DNA from: Coraliomargarita sp. | GTDB lineage: Bacteria; Verrucomicrobiota; Verrucomicrobiia; Opitutales; Coraliomargaritaceae | Direction of reading: 5' to 3' | NCBI GenBank assembly: GCA_965216325.1 | Contig: OZ244160.1 | Span: 704,001-768,000, forward strand | DNA: 64,000 nucleotides | Part shown: in pieces, positions 10,914 to 24,312 of the stretch | Layout: the number at the start of each line of letters is the position of its first letter | Position numbering within the stretch: position 1 is the stretch's first letter | The notes under the pieces: model-generated | The model's database searches: none | What the model was told of the DNA's origin: nothing | Seen by the model: only the letters and a program-made list of their open reading frames with translations | Program-made: the position numbers and the translations under genes

Positions 10914-12128
10914 ATGGCAGCAAAGACAGCCGACAACGAACCTACCGAGACCACAACAGTCCAAGACCTCGAAGTTAAAGACGCGCAGATTATCTTCAGT
11001 TCCGTGTGGGCCACACTGGAAGAAGAACTCGGTGAAGAGAACCTACGGTTCCCGAAAGAGATTTTCTGGCTTAACGGTGCACCGGGTGCGGGTAAGGGCA
11101 CCAACACGAACTTCATCATGCAGTATCGTGACCTCACTGCACCGCCATTGGTGGTGAGCTCGCTGTTGCAAAGCCCAGAGGCACGCAAGCGCATCGACGC
11201 TGGTCTGCTGGTTGGTGACCGTGAGGTGATCGAGATCATGCTGCGCAAGTTGCTTGAGCCGGTCTATAAGTCAGGGGCAGTGGTGGACGGGTTCCCCCGC
11301 ACGAAGGTGCAGGTGGAGTGTGTGAAGCTACTTTATAATAAGCTGATTGAGCTGCGTCTGAAGTATAAGGATACCCTCTACGCTGAGTTCTTCAAAAAGC
11401 CGCACTTCCACATCGTGGTGCTGTTTGTGGATGAGAAGGAGAGTGTGGCGCGTCAGGTAAAGCGCGGTCACCAAGCGATTGCTCACAACGAAGAGGTGCG
11501 TGAATCCGGCGTTGGTGAACTGCTCGAAGTGCGCCCGACAGATCTCGACCCAGAGGCTGCGCTGAATCGTTACCGCACCTTTAAGGAAAAGACCTATGGC
11601 GCGTTGAAGGACCTGCGTGAAATTTTCTTCTACCACTTCATTAATGCGCACGGTTCGATTGAGGACGTTCGTAAGCGTATTGATGAGGAGCTTTCGTATC
11701 AGGGTTCGCTTGAACTCGACGAGGCAACCTACGATCGCATCTCTTCGATTCCAATCGCTCGCAAGCTCTCTCAGCATGCGCGTCAGGATTTGGTCGACCG
11801 CTTGGAAGGCTATGAGGCGCGTTCGCCAGAGCTCTTTACTCGGATTGTTGATGTGATTCAGTCGGAATTTTTGCCGATCATTAAACGTCACGCGATTTCC
11901 GGCACTGCGGTGATCAACTCCGAGGACACCATTTTCGAGGAAGATGATGCGTTGGCGATGTTGATCGATGTGTTCTCTGAGCGTGGTTACTTTGCGATCG
12001 TGGATGTGAACCGGATGGATGTTCCTGAGTCGATCGATCCGAAGACCTTCAAGATTAAGAATCGGATCAAGAAGGTCTATCGCGTGCGTGTCCGCTTCCA
12101 AGGGTCGGAAATTCGCCGCGGCCGCTAG
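10914..12128 (+). CDS. Adenylate kinase-like nucleoside monophosphate kinase with long extensions
   Basis: P-loop [22 protein letters not shown] and R.TD motifs. At 404 aa it is about twice the usual Adk size. Confidence 0.8.
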   Translation: MAAKTADNEPTETTTVQDLEVKDAQIIFSSVWATLEEELGEENLRFPKEIFWLNGAPGAGKGTNTNFIMQYRDLTAPPLVVSSLLQSPEARKRIDAGLLVGDREVIEIMLRKLLEPVYKSGAVVDGFPRTKVQVECVKLLYNKLIELRLKYKDTLYAEFFKKPHFHIVVLFVDEKESVARQVKRGHQAIAHNEEVRESGVGELLEVRPTDLDPEAALNRYRTFKEKTYGALKDLREIFFYHFINAHGSIEDVRKRIDEELSYQGSLELDEATYDRISSIPIARKLSQHARQDLVDRLEGYEARSPELFTRIVDVIQSEFLPIIKRHAISGTAVINSEDTIFEEDDALAMLIDVFSERGYFAIVDVNRMDVPESIDPKTFKIKNRIKKVYRVRVRFQGSEIRRGR

Positions 12129-12146
12129 TGGAGGTTGTTTTTTTGA

Positions 12147-12194
12147 ACCGTTAATTAACGTTAATTGACGTTAATTGACGGTCTCATCTACAGT
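12147..12194 (+). promoter_or_regulatory. Three 10-bp tandem repeats overlapping a sigma70-like promoter
   Basis: ACCG-TTAATTAACG-TTAATTGACG-TTAATTGACG-GT. TTGACG (12165-12170) lies 18 bp before TACAGT (12189-12194). Confidence 0.5.
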
Positions 12195-12204
12195 GCGATC
12201 GTTT

Positions 12205-13050
12205 GTGGAATTTGTAGGCCCCAGTTCGGTTGTTTGTTTAGAAGGAGCATGTGCTGTAAGTGTTGAGCAACTTGCTGCGCGGTTTCAGTTGTCTATTATC
12301 GACGGTTCGTCACTGGCGGCTGCTAAGCCGAAGCACTTGCGGCGTTTTCTCTTGGAGCAATTGGGCAGTGAGGCTGGCTTTGTCTTTTTGTATGATGCGG
12401 ATGGCTTGCGGCTGTATGCGACTGGCGAACTGGATCTCAATGTTCGTGCAGATTTCTACAGTCCAAGTGTTACCTATCGGCGTAAGCAGGGCGGCGGGCG
12501 TGGCCAATTGATTGCACGCGCAGTTGGGTTTAAGGCCAACTATGCGCCGAAGGTATTGGATGGAACGGCTGGACTCGGGGGCGACGCCTTTGTGCTGGCG
12601 AGCTTGGGTTGCCAGGTTCGCATGTGTGAGCGTGTTCCTGCGGTGCGTGCCCTGCTTGAAGACGGATTGGTTCAGGCTCGTAAGTATGCCGATGCTCAGG
12701 ATGCACAGCTTGGGGTGGTCTTGGATCGCATGGACCTCGTTCAAACTGACACGGTCTCCTATCTAAAGACACTTCCTGCAGCTCAGCGACCCGATGTGAT
12801 TTATCTCGATCCGATGTTTCCTGAGCGGACAAAGTCGGCCCTGGTCAAAAAGGAGATGCGAGTCTTTCACGATCTGGTGGGTGCCGACGCGGATGCGGAT
12901 CAGTTGCTCGAAGCTGCTTTGCCAGTTGCGCTGCAGCGTGTGGTGGTCAAACGCCCCCGGTTGGCGCCAACCTTGAAAGGTCCTAAACCGAGTAATGTGC
13001 TCGAAGGGAAAACGAGTCGCTACGATATTTACCAGTCCTCGAATGCTTAA
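12205..13050 (+). CDS. rsmJ: 16S rRNA m2G1516 methyltransferase-like SAM-dependent methyltransferase
   Basis: [44 protein letters not shown]. Start uncertain; GTG 12205 preferred over 12175. Confidence 0.88.
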   Translation: MEFVGPSSVVCLEGACAVSVEQLAARFQLSIIDGSSLAAAKPKHLRRFLLEQLGSEAGFVFLYDADGLRLYATGELDLNVRADFYSPSVTYRRKQGGGRGQLIARAVGFKANYAPKVLDGTAGLGGDAFVLASLGCQVRMCERVPAVRALLEDGLVQARKYADAQDAQLGVVLDRMDLVQTDTVSYLKTLPAAQRPDVIYLDPMFPERTKSALVKKEMRVFHDLVGADADADQLLEAALPVALQRVVVKRPRLAPTLKGPKPSNVLEGKTSRYDIYQSSNA

Positions 13051-13110
13051 TCGCAATCCTACTCCTGATCTTAATCTACGGTGTGAGAGATTATGAATAA
13101 GATTAAGATG
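13048..13110. repeat. Inverted hexamer tandem arrays
   Basis: TAATCG CAATCC TACTCC TGATCT TAATCT faces AGATTA TGAATA AGATTA AGATG. Confidence 0.6.
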
Positions 13111-13146
13111 TTGTTCTGCCATGAACCTTCTTAACTCTCTCTTGAT

Positions 13147-15144
13147 ATGTCCGAACTCAAATCTGCTTCATCGAATCCTGCCGTCGTTTGCACGACGGAC
13201 GATCAGGCCTGCGATGATCTGGATGTGAAGCTTTCCAAGTCGTGGCTGCGGATCGCGATCGCCGCGGTCTTTGCCGGTCAGGGGATGATGCTCTCTTTGG
13301 CGCTGAGTATGACGCCACCGGAGTTCGGCACTCCCGTCTATTGGGTCTTGCATGGCGGATTGATCTTCTCCGCGCTGATTGTGATCCTGTTTCTCGGTGG
13401 GCCTTTGTTTGCGTCGACCTTTGGGATGCTTCGGTCGAAGCGTCTTTCGATCGAAGGTTTGTTTACTTTGAGTTTATTGGGAGCCTTTGTTGGTTCACTA
13501 GTGAGCACGCTTACCGGTGCGGGAGCTGTGTTTTATGAGGTCGTCTCGATCGTGATCGCGATCTATACGCTTGGGCGAATGCTCAGTGAGCGCTCGAAGG
13601 CGAAATTACGGATGGAGAGTGATCGGGTGCGTGAGCGCTACGATACGGCTTGTGTTTTGGTTGAGGGGCAGTGGGTGGAAATGCCGGTTGCTGAAGTGAC
13701 GCTTGGCTCGCTGGTGCGAGTTGCGCCAGGGGAACCCTTCTCGGTCGATGGCCGAGTGGTTCGTGGTGTCGGCTATGTAAAGGAGACAGCATTGACCGGA
13801 GAGCCGCTGCCGGTGGTGCGGCATGCGGGAGATGTCGTTCGAGCGGGCACTTGGTCTGAGGATGGTAGTTTTGAGGTCGAGGTGACTGCTGCGGCGGGGG
13901 CGCGCGAACTCGATGGTATTTTACAAACGGTTGAAGATGCTACAGGGCGTCCCTCGGAATTGCAGGGGCAGGCAAACGATTTAATTCAGGGTTTCTTGCC
14001 CTTGGTTGCGGGCGTCAGCATGGCGACGGCGATCTACTGGAGCTTTATGGGCACCTGGATTGATGCAGTGCTCAATAGTATGGCGGTCTTACTGGTCGCT
14101 TGCCCGTGCGCGCTTGGCTTGGCGACGCCGGTTGCCATTTGGCAGGGCTTATTCCAGCTTTCGCGTTTTGGCTTGGTGAGCCGCGACGGCGCGCTCATCG
14201 ATGTGCTGGCGCAGACGCGGCAATTGTTTTTTGATAAGACCGGCACTTTGAGCGAATCCACCATGCGTGTGACGGAGTGCCTGATAGTGCCGGAGTGGGA
14301 GGCACAACGAACTGATTTATTGGCAGGCGTTGCTGCGGTGGAGTCGCAATTGAAGCATCCGATCGCTCGAGCGATCAGCGAGTTTATTGGCGCTGCGTCT
14401 GCGGCTTCAGCTGTTGAGGAGTTGCAGCTGGTGGCAGGGCAGGGGGTGCGGGCCCGAGTGACTGTCGCGGGCCGCGAAGCGGAGTTTCAAATTGGAGAGC
14501 CTGAACTCGGTGATAGTTTCGAGGCTACCGAGACACTCACACGGTTGAAAGAGCAGGGGGGCAAGCGAGTCTGTGTCTTTGTGGATGAGTCGCTTGCAGC
14601 CGTATTCGTATTGCGCGAACGCTTGCGTGAGGGTGTGCCAACCGTCTGGCAAACACTTGCGGAACATGGTATTCAGGCAGCGGTGCTTACTGGAGATCCG
14701 AACCCTGACATCGAGTTGCCACAGGGTGTGACCCTACAATCCGGGCTCTCGGCGGCTGAAAAATCAGCGATTGTCAGTAAGTCGAATGAGAACGGGGACT
14801 TCCCGATTTTAATTGGTGACGGGATTAATGACGCGGGGGCGATGGCGATGGCGTCGGCTTCGATTGCGATGGGCAGTGGCACTGGACTCACGCGAACGGC
14901 TGCGAGCGGGCAGCTGATTTCGGATCGACTGGAGGCGCTCGCAGAGGCCATTGAACTTGCCGGAGTTATTCGTAAGCGATTGCGGGGCAATTTGATATAC
15001 GCCGCCGCCTACAATGTGCTCGGCATGGGACTCGCTGCTGCAGGTCTATTGCACCCGGTTGTAGCCGCCTTGATTATGTTGATTTCCAGTGCCTGGGTAA
15101 CAGCCCGCGCACTACAAATTCGGCTTCCAGATAAAATTATTTAA
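13147..15144 (+). CDS. P1B-type heavy-metal (Cu-type) ATPase, CcoI/FixI-like
   Basis: LTGE, ACPCALGLATP, DKTGT, HP, GDGIND, YN and M..SS motifs. No N-terminal CxxC HMA domain. Lies upstream of the oxidase operon. Confidence 0.88.
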   Translation: MSELKSASSNPAVVCTTDDQACDDLDVKLSKSWLRIAIAAVFAGQGMMLSLALSMTPPEFGTPVYWVLHGGLIFSALIVILFLGGPLFASTFGMLRSKRLSIEGLFTLSLLGAFVGSLVSTLTGAGAVFYEVVSIVIAIYTLGRMLSERSKAKLRMESDRVRERYDTACVLVEGQWVEMPVAEVTLGSLVRVAPGEPFSVDGRVVRGVGYVKETALTGEPLPVVRHAGDVVRAGTWSEDGSFEVEVTAAAGARELDGILQTVEDATGRPSELQGQANDLIQGFLPLVAGVSMATAIYWSFMGTWIDAVLNSMAVLLVACPCALGLATPVAIWQGLFQLSRFGLVSRDGALIDVLAQTRQLFFDKTGTLSESTMRVTECLIVPEWEAQRTDLLAGVAAVESQLKHPIARAISEFIGAASAASAVEELQLVAGQGVRARVTVAGREAEFQIGEPELGDSFEATETLTRLKEQGGKRVCVFVDESLAAVFVLRERLREGVPTVWQTLAEHGIQAAVLTGDPNPDIELPQGVTLQSGLSAAEKSAIVSKSNENGDFPILIGDGINDAGAMAMASASIAMGSGTGLTRTAASGQLISDRLEALAEAIELAGVIRKRLRGNLIYAAAYNVLGMGLAAAGLLHPVVAALIMLISSAWVTARALQIRLPDKII

Positions 15145-15396
15145 TACTGATTATCTGATTGTCTAATTGTTCTTCATATATGTAACAAGGCGTTGCATTC
15201 GCGGGGTTCGTTTCCTTAATCCCGCAACATACACACTAACCCGAGCTCCATGCCGCTTATACCAAGGCATGAGTTTGTTAATATCTCTACTAACCGCTTT
15301 GATATCATGCGTTTTCGCGCGTGCTGTCTGTCCGTTGATAAAAAACGGTTGCCAAGTGAATTAGCCGGACTTTTAACAAATCGCTTAATTTTTCTG

Positions 15397-15612
15397 ATGG
15401 ACCGCACGACAAACACTACCCGAAAAGGATTTCTTCAACGAGCAGGCCTGGCGATCGCTGGGGCGTTCGCGTTGACTGGAACTTCGAATGCTACGACCAC
15501 GCAGACTTCGAAAGGTTCCGTAAATGGCTCCACAGGCACCAATCATGAGTTGCCTGCGATGTCGCGTATTCGCACTGCCAAGGGCGCAGTCGAGCGTAAT
15601 TCGGCCAGCTAA
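15397..15612 (+). CDS. Small protein with Tat-like signal preceding actA
   Basis: MDRTTNTTRKGFLQRAGLAIAGAFALTGTSNA has a TRKGFL motif, an h-region and an SNA cleavage-like site. 71 aa; ends 37 bp before actA. Confidence 0.6.
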   Translation: MDRTTNTTRKGFLQRAGLAIAGAFALTGTSNATTTQTSKGSVNGSTGTNHELPAMSRIRTAKGAVERNSAS

Positions 15613-15649
15613 ATCCCGCACACTTTTCAAAACAGACTGATACTAAGCC

Positions 15650-16303
15650 ATGGCGAATGTATTTCCTAAATGGGTCAACACGGTCCCGATCAAAGTGATC
15701 ATTGCGATCATCCTGATCAAGACAGCGGTCGTGCTTGGCGTTACCTACTACTTCACTCCGAAGTATACACGCGTCGGATATGCGCCGACCCAGCCTGTGG
15801 CCTTCAGCCACGAGCTTCACGCTGGTCAGCTCGAGATCGACTGCCGTTACTGCCACACTTTTGTGGACCGTTCCGAGCACTCGAATATTCCTGGCGCGAA
15901 TGTGTGTATGACTTGCCACAGCATGGTGCGTAAGGGCGACCCAATGCTGGCTCCGGTTAAGGAGAGCTACGAGTCGGGTGAGCCGATTCCTTGGGTGCGA
16001 ATCCACAAGACTCCGGACTACGTCTACTTCAATCACTCCGTGCACGTAAACCGCGGCATCAGCTGTGTGGAATGTCACGGTCGTATTGACGAGATGGAAG
16101 TGGTCGAGCACGCGAAGCCATTGAGCATGAGCTTCTGCTTGGACTGTCACCGGAACCCAGAGGACTACATCCGACCACAGGAAGAAGTTTACAACCTCGA
16201 TTGGGAGCGTCCCGACACCGAAGAATTCCAGAAGCAAGCTGAAGGCTTCGTGCACGACTGGAAGGTTAACCCACCGCAAAGCTGCTCTGGCTGCCACCGC
16301 TAA
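15650..16303 (+). CDS. actA: Alternative complex III pentaheme cytochrome c subunit
   Basis: One TM helix, GYAPTQPVAFSH, and five CxxCH motifs (CRYCH, CMTCH, CVECH, CLDCH, CSGCH). Confidence 0.93.
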   Translation: MANVFPKWVNTVPIKVIIAIILIKTAVVLGVTYYFTPKYTRVGYAPTQPVAFSHELHAGQLEIDCRYCHTFVDRSEHSNIPGANVCMTCHSMVRKGDPMLAPVKESYESGEPIPWVRIHKTPDYVYFNHSVHVNRGISCVECHGRIDEMEVVEHAKPLSMSFCLDCHRNPEDYIRPQEEVYNLDWERPDTEEFQKQAEGFVHDWKVNPPQSCSGCHR

Positions 16304-16321
16304 TACGAGATTTTTTTGAAG

Positions 16322-19300
16322 ATGAACGACACTGAATTTTCAGGACCACGTTACTGGAAAGGCCTCGACGATCTAGCGGAGACTCCCGCGTTTAAGGATT
16401 GGGTCGAGCGTGAATTCCCTGCAGGCGCCTCCGAACTCGATGGTGTAAACCGTCGCCAGTTCATGAAGGTCATGGCAGCATCCTTTGGCCTCGCCGGACT
16501 CGGCATGGCTGGTTGCCGTCGCCCAGAGCAGACAATTCTCCCGTACTCCAAGCAGCCGGAGAATGTTATTCCGGGTGTTCCAGTATACTACACTTCCTCA
16601 CAACCAACTGGCCGCGACAATGTGCCGGTGATCGTGGAGACCCACAGTGGTCGTCCAACCAAGATCGAGGGTAACCCAAGCTACAAGCCATACGGTGGTG
16701 CTACGACTGTTTACACACAGGCGAGCGTGCTCGATCTTTACGATCCAGACCGCGCGACCAAGAGCGTTGCAGGCACTGCAACTCTTTCTCCGGCAGCTGT
16801 TCGTGACCGTCTCGCTGAAATCAGCGCGGCACACTCTGCCGACAAGGGCGCAGGTCTTGTCTTCCTTGCTGAGCCAAGCACTTCTCCGAGCCGTGCAGCA
16901 TTGGTTCAGGAAATTAAGAAGGCGTTCCCGAAGGCAACTTGGACTGAATATGCTCCAGTTGACCTGAGCACTTCCGAGCAAGCTGCTCAAGCTGTGTTCG
17001 GTAAGACGCTTCGTTCGCTTCCACAATTTGCTAAGGCAAAGCGTGTGCTTTCACTTGACGCCGACTTCTTGTCCGGCGCAGACGGCCACACGGCGTTCAC
17101 TCGCGACTTCGCAAAGTCCCGCAAGGTTAAGGACAGCAAGGACGCGAAAAAGATGAGCCGTCTCTACTCAGTAGAGAGCACATTGACGGCAACCGGAGCA
17201 GCTGCGGATCACCGCCTGCGTCTCAGCTCCACGCAAATCGGTGCTTTTGCTGCACTCGTTGGTGCTGAAATCCTCAAGGCGAAGAAAGCGGGTGGGGCAG
17301 CCATCGCGAAGCTCGAAAAGGCAGGTGCATCCCTCAACGTGGATTCCAAGTGGATCGAGGAGTGTGCCGCCGATCTCGTCGAGAACGCAGGCAAGTCGCT
17401 TGTCGTTGCAGGCGAGAATCTGCCGAAGTCTGTTCACGCAATTGTTTTTGCAATCAACGACGCACTCAACGCACCGGTTAAGTATGTTGAAGTCGCCACC
17501 GCAGCAGCTAGTATTGAAGCTGCCGCTGCGCGCCTCAACAAGGGTGACGTGAAGACACTCGTCGTGCTCGGTGGTAACCCGGTTTACGACGCACCGGTCG
17601 ATCTCGAGTGGGCTGCGACACAAGCAAAGGCCGAAACCAGCATTTATCTTGGCAACGCAGCCAACGAAACTTCTGCGGTTTCCAGCCTCTTCATCGCTCG
17701 CTCGCACTACCTCGAAACATGGGCTGACGGTCGCACTTTCGACGGCACACTGGTTCCAGTGCAGCCAATGATCGAGCCACTGTTCGACACACTCAGCGAC
17801 CTCGAAGTGCTCGCGCGTCTTGCAGGTGCATCTGCAACGGACGGTTACAGCATCGCACAAGCAACTTTCAAGGCACTCGGTGGCACGGACTACAATAAGT
17901 TCCTCTCCGACGGTCTCCTGGAAGGCAGCGAATACAAGTCAGTGAAGGCCAAGGCTGAGCCAGCTAAGGTCGCTGCGGCAATCAATGCTGACGAGCTTGT
18001 TGCGGTTGAACTCAACAAGGACGCGCTCGAAATTCGCTTCAAGCCAAGCTCACACGCTGGCGACGGACGCTACGCCAACAATGGTTGGATGATGGAGTGC
18101 CCGGACCCAATCACGAAGCTGACTTGGGACAATGCGATTTTGATCAGCCCACGTCTTGCCAAGGAATTGGAAGAACGTGACGGCGTGCAGATCTTCCCGT
18201 CCAAGAAGCCAATGAACAAGCACAGCGACTTCTTCGAAGCCGCCAAGGGAACACTCCAAAACAACAAGGCAGTGTTCAACCGCGGCAAGGAAATGGCTGT
18301 GGTTGCTGAGTTGACCATTAACGGTCGCACCATCGAAGCACCGATCCACGTCGTTCCAGGTATGGCGAACTACACGATCGAGTTGCCACTCGGTTTTGGT
18401 CGCACTTCCGTTGGCCGCGTTGGTCAAGGCACCGGTTTCAATGCGTATGCAGTTCGTGATTCCAAGGGCCTCTTCAGCGCACTTGGTGCAGCACTCAAGC
18501 TGACCGAAAAGACTTACAAGCTCGCCAACACACAAGAGCACTGGTCCATGGAAGGCCGCGCGATTGTTCGTGAAGGCACTGCAGCTTACTACGCGAAGAA
18601 GCCAAACTTCGCTCAGAAGATGGGCGTTGAGTCGCACGCTCCTGCCAACCTCGGCAAGGACAAGAAGATGGCTCCAGCCGATCAAGCGAAGTTCACTCCA
18701 CGTGGTAACTCCGCATACGAGCACCCTGATTTCCAAGGTCCTCCACCAAACGTCGACGTTTGGAAGGGCAATGAAGACAAGTTCCCACAAATCCAGCAGT
18801 GGGGCATGGCGATTGACATGAATTCCTGCTTCGGCTGCTCCGCTTGTGTGGTGGCATGTCAAAGCGAGAATAATGTTCCGATCGTTGGTAAGGACCAAGT
18901 TCTCCGTGGTCGTGAAATGCACTGGATCCGCCTTGACCGTTACTTCTCTGCGGAGAAATACGATCAGGAAGAGGTTCCGGAGGACGTGCAAGTCTCTTAC
19001 ATGAGCGTCATGTGCCAGCACTGTGAGAACGCACCATGTGAATCTGTCTGCCCGGTGAATGCGACCGTTCACGACCGCCAAGGTCTGAACACCATGGCTT
19101 ACAACCGTTGCGTTGGCACCCGTTACTGTGCAAATAACTGCCCGTATAAGGTCCGCCGCTTCAACTTCTTTGATTGGAACAAGCGCCAGATCGGTGAAGT
19201 TTACAAGGGCCCACTCGGTCCAGTCGACGAGCCCGAACTGGAAAAGATGCAGAAGAACCCGAACGTCACAGTCCGCATGCGCGGTGTGATGGAAAAGTGC

Positions 19301-19699
19301 ACCTTCTGCACGCAGCGTATCGAATCCGCAAAGATCGAGCGTAAGCGCCTCGCAGGTGCTTCCGGCGACATCAAGATTGCTGACGGCGATTTGAAGACTG
19401 CATGTCAACAAGTCTGCCCAACCGACGCGATTACCTTCGGCGACATCACCGATCCTAACTCGGAAGTGTCCAAGATGAAGGCAAGCGATCGCAACTACTC
19501 GGTGCTCGGCTACTTGAATGCACGTCCACGCACGACTTACCTTGCACGCCTGCGCAACCCGAATCCGAAGATGCCAGACGCTTACAAGAAGCCATATGCA
19601 TATGCTCAGTATAAGGAGCGTTATGGTAGCGGTTCCCACGCCGCACACGGTGACGACCACGGCAAGGGCCACGATGATCACGCACACTCTGCTCACTAA
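16322..19699 (+). CDS. actB: Alternative complex III subunit B (molybdopterin-oxidoreductase-like domain plus Fe-S domain)
   Basis: YW..L leader, NRRQFMK Tat motif followed by MAGC lipobox, [10 protein letters not shown], and Fe-S motifs [41 protein letters not shown]...CQQVCP. Confidence 0.94.
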   Translation: MNDTEFSGPRYWKGLDDLAETPAFKDWVEREFPAGASELDGVNRRQFMKVMAASFGLAGLGMAGCRRPEQTILPYSKQPENVIPGVPVYYTSSQPTGRDNVPVIVETHSGRPTKIEGNPSYKPYGGATTVYTQASVLDLYDPDRATKSVAGTATLSPAAVRDRLAEISAAHSADKGAGLVFLAEPSTSPSRAALVQEIKKAFPKATWTEYAPVDLSTSEQAAQAVFGKTLRSLPQFAKAKRVLSLDADFLSGADGHTAFTRDFAKSRKVKDSKDAKKMSRLYSVESTLTATGAAADHRLRLSSTQIGAFAALVGAEILKAKKAGGAAIAKLEKAGASLNVDSKWIEECAADLVENAGKSLVVAGENLPKSVHAIVFAINDALNAPVKYVEVATAAASIEAAAARLNKGDVKTLVVLGGNPVYDAPVDLEWAATQAKAETSIYLGNAANETSAVSSLFIARSHYLETWADGRTFDGTLVPVQPMIEPLFDTLSDLEVLARLAGASATDGYSIAQATFKALGGTDYNKFLSDGLLEGSEYKSVKAKAEPAKVAAAINADELVAVELNKDALEIRFKPSSHAGDGRYANNGWMMECPDPITKLTWDNAILISPRLAKELEERDGVQIFPSKKPMNKHSDFFEAAKGTLQNNKAVFNRGKEMAVVAELTINGRTIEAPIHVVPGMANYTIELPLGFGRTSVGRVGQGTGFNAYAVRDSKGLFSALGAALKLTEKTYKLANTQEHWSMEGRAIVREGTAAYYAKKPNFAQKMGVESHAPANLGKDKKMAPADQAKFTPRGNSAYEHPDFQGPPPNVDVWKGNEDKFPQIQQWGMAIDMNSCFGCSACVVACQSENNVPIVGKDQVLRGREMHWIRLDRYFSAEKYDQEEVPEDVQVSYMSVMCQHCENAPCESVCPVNATVHDRQGLNTMAYNRCVGTRYCANNCPYKVRRFNFFDWNKRQIGEVYKGPLGPVDEPELEKMQKNPNVTVRMRGVMEKCTFCTQRIESAKIERKRLAGASGDIKIADGDLKTACQQVCPTDAITFGDITDPNSEVSKMKASDRNYSVLGYLNARPRTTYLARLRNPNPKMPDAYKKPYAYAQYKERYGSGSHAAHGDDHGKGHDDHAHSAH

Positions 19700-19723
19700 T
19701 TTATAACCAGCGAACTGATAGAC

Positions 19724-21222
<1,499 letters not shown>

Positions 21223-21223
<1 letters not shown>

Positions 21224-21753
21224 TGGCTAAGACACACTCAATTATTGCTTCTTTCAAGGACACCCCGTCCTTCTTCCATGCAGCGGAAAAGGTTCGCGAT
21301 GCCGGATACAAGAAGTGGGATACTTATTCCTCTTTCCCGGTTCACGGCATGCCGGCCGCTCAAGGCCAGCCACGTTCCAAGGTGCCTTTATTCACCTTCT
21401 GTGGTGGTATCACAGGGTTCACACTGGGCACATCCATCGTGGCATTCATGGGTTTCTTTGACTACCCGCTGATTGTTGGTGGTAAGCCATTCTTCAGCCC
21501 AGTCTTCCCATTTCCGATTATGTATGAGTTGACCATTCTGCTCGCTGCATTCGGCACACTGGGCGGCATGTTTATCACCAATTTGCTCCCACAGCACTAC
21601 AACCCGTTGTTCAACAGCGAAAAATTCCTGGAGGTCTCCGGAGACCGTCTCGTCATTGCGATCGAGACACGTGATCCGAAGTTCGACTCTGAAGCCACAC
21701 GCCGTTTCCTTGAGGAAATCGGTGGAACTGATATCGAGGAGGTCTCTGCGTAG
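21223..21753 (+). CDS. actD: Alternative complex III subunit D (DUF3341)
   Basis: [19 protein letters not shown] and P..YELTIL motifs; two TM helices. Confidence 0.92.
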
Positions 21754-21762
21754 AATTTAGCC

Positions 21763-22416
21763 ATGCGTATTTTTCTCTCAATCTTTGCACTAGCCATTAT
21801 TGCGGTGGTCTCGATCTTTGGTTTCCAAGGATCCACCAGCAAGAAGACTCCAATCGAGATCTTCCCTGACATGGACCGCCAGGCACGCTACAAGCCACAG
21901 GCTGAAAACAGCTTCTTCGCGGATGGTCGTAACGATCGCCCGGTTCCTGCGAACACCGTAGCACGTGGTAATTACTTCAATCAAGCAGACGTGTTCTCCG
22001 CTGACTTCGAAGACGCTCGCCTCGGCGATACCGTTCTTCTGGAAGGTAAGAATGCTGATGGTTCTTTCGCTCAGAAGCTTCCGCTTGAAGTGACCAACGA
22101 GCTGATGGCTCAAGGTCAAGAGAAGTATGACATCTTCTGTGCGATTTGCCACGGTGCTGCCGGTGACGGCAATGGCGTGACCAAGTCTTACGGCGTGCTG
22201 GCTGCTTCTTATCATGACGACCGCCTGCGTGGTGAGTCCGACGGCTACCTTTTCGACGTAATCACCAACGGTAAGGGCTTGATGCTTGGTCTTAAGGACC
22301 GCCTCACACCTGAAGAACGTTGGGCAATCGTCCTCTACGTTCGTGCACTTCAGCTTTCTCAAAATGCTGAGGCTGACGCACTCACTGACGCACAACGCTC
22401 TGAGTTAGGATTTTAA
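21763..22416 (+). CDS. actE: Alternative complex III monoheme cytochrome c subunit E
   Basis: PDMDRQARYKPQ, FFADGR..R.VP..TVARG, CAICH and RWAIVLYVRALQ. Confidence 0.92.
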   Translation: MRIFLSIFALAIIAVVSIFGFQGSTSKKTPIEIFPDMDRQARYKPQAENSFFADGRNDRPVPANTVARGNYFNQADVFSADFEDARLGDTVLLEGKNADGSFAQKLPLEVTNELMAQGQEKYDIFCAICHGAAGDGNGVTKSYGVLAASYHDDRLRGESDGYLFDVITNGKGLMLGLKDRLTPEERWAIVLYVRALQLSQNAEADALTDAQRSELGF

Positions 22417-22418
22417 AA

Positions 22419-23669
<1,251 letters not shown>

Positions 23670-23676
23670 TTTCAAG

Positions 23677-23997
23677 ATGTCTCAAGAAGAACCATCCATT
23701 AATAACAACGTGCTGACCTTCCTTGGAAGCGTTGGTGGCATCCTGATCTTTGGTATCCTGCTCTTTGTTGCATATATCCCAGGTCGTGCGGCACCAGCTG
23801 ATCTCGAAGCCTCCGAGCAACGTCAGATCAAGGCTGACGAAGCTCGTGCTGCGGGGGCAGCAAAGATTACTGCTACTGAAGTAATCGACGCTGAGAAGAA
23901 GATTGCACGTATTCCCGTCGCTGAGGCGATGGAACTGACTGTTAACGCTTACAATGCGCCAGCACCTGCTGCGCCTGCTGCTGAAACCGCCGAGTAA
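23677..23997 (+). CDS. Small single-TM ACIII-associated protein (ActG-like)
   Basis: One TM helix and an ARIPVAEAM motif, directly after actF. Its stop overlaps the next start. Confidence 0.65.
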   Translation: MSQEEPSINNNVLTFLGSVGGILIFGILLFVAYIPGRAAPADLEASEQRQIKADEARAAGAAKITATEVIDAEKKIARIPVAEAMELTVNAYNAPAPAAPAAETAE

Positions 23998-24203
23998 TGC
24001 CTGTTCATAGTTATCTGGAGCTGCTTCCCATCATTCTGCTAGGAATTTTCTTCTTCGCAGTATCGATTGGCACGCTCTACTGGGTCGCCAAACAGGGCCA
24101 GCTCCGGAATTTCGATGAACAAGCGAGCGATATTTTCACCGAGGAAGAACCAGAGGGGCAAGTCTCCGATGTTTTTCCGTCTAAACGAACCAAATTAAAT
24201 TAG
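23997..24203 (+). CDS. ccoS: cbb3-type oxidase maturation protein CcoS-like
   Basis: 68 aa, TM helix followed by YWVAKQGQLRNFDEQA..IF.EEE. Confidence 0.7.
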   Translation: MPVHSYLELLPIILLGIFFFAVSIGTLYWVAKQGQLRNFDEQASDIFTEEEPEGQVSDVFPSKRTKLN

Positions 24204-24305
24204 GAATTAGTGATTAAGAATTAGGAATGTGGCTGGCGATGACAGCTTATATCCCGCACTCGATAACTAAAAGATTCTGACTTCTAAGTCCTTACTTCTA
24301 ACTTC
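24198..24305. repeat. Inverted heptamer tandem arrays between ccoS and ccoN
   Basis: AATTAGG AATTAGT GATTAAG AATTAGG faces TTCTGAC TTCTAAG TCCTTAC TTCTAAC. Confidence 0.7.
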
Positions 24306-24312
24306 ATTTTAA

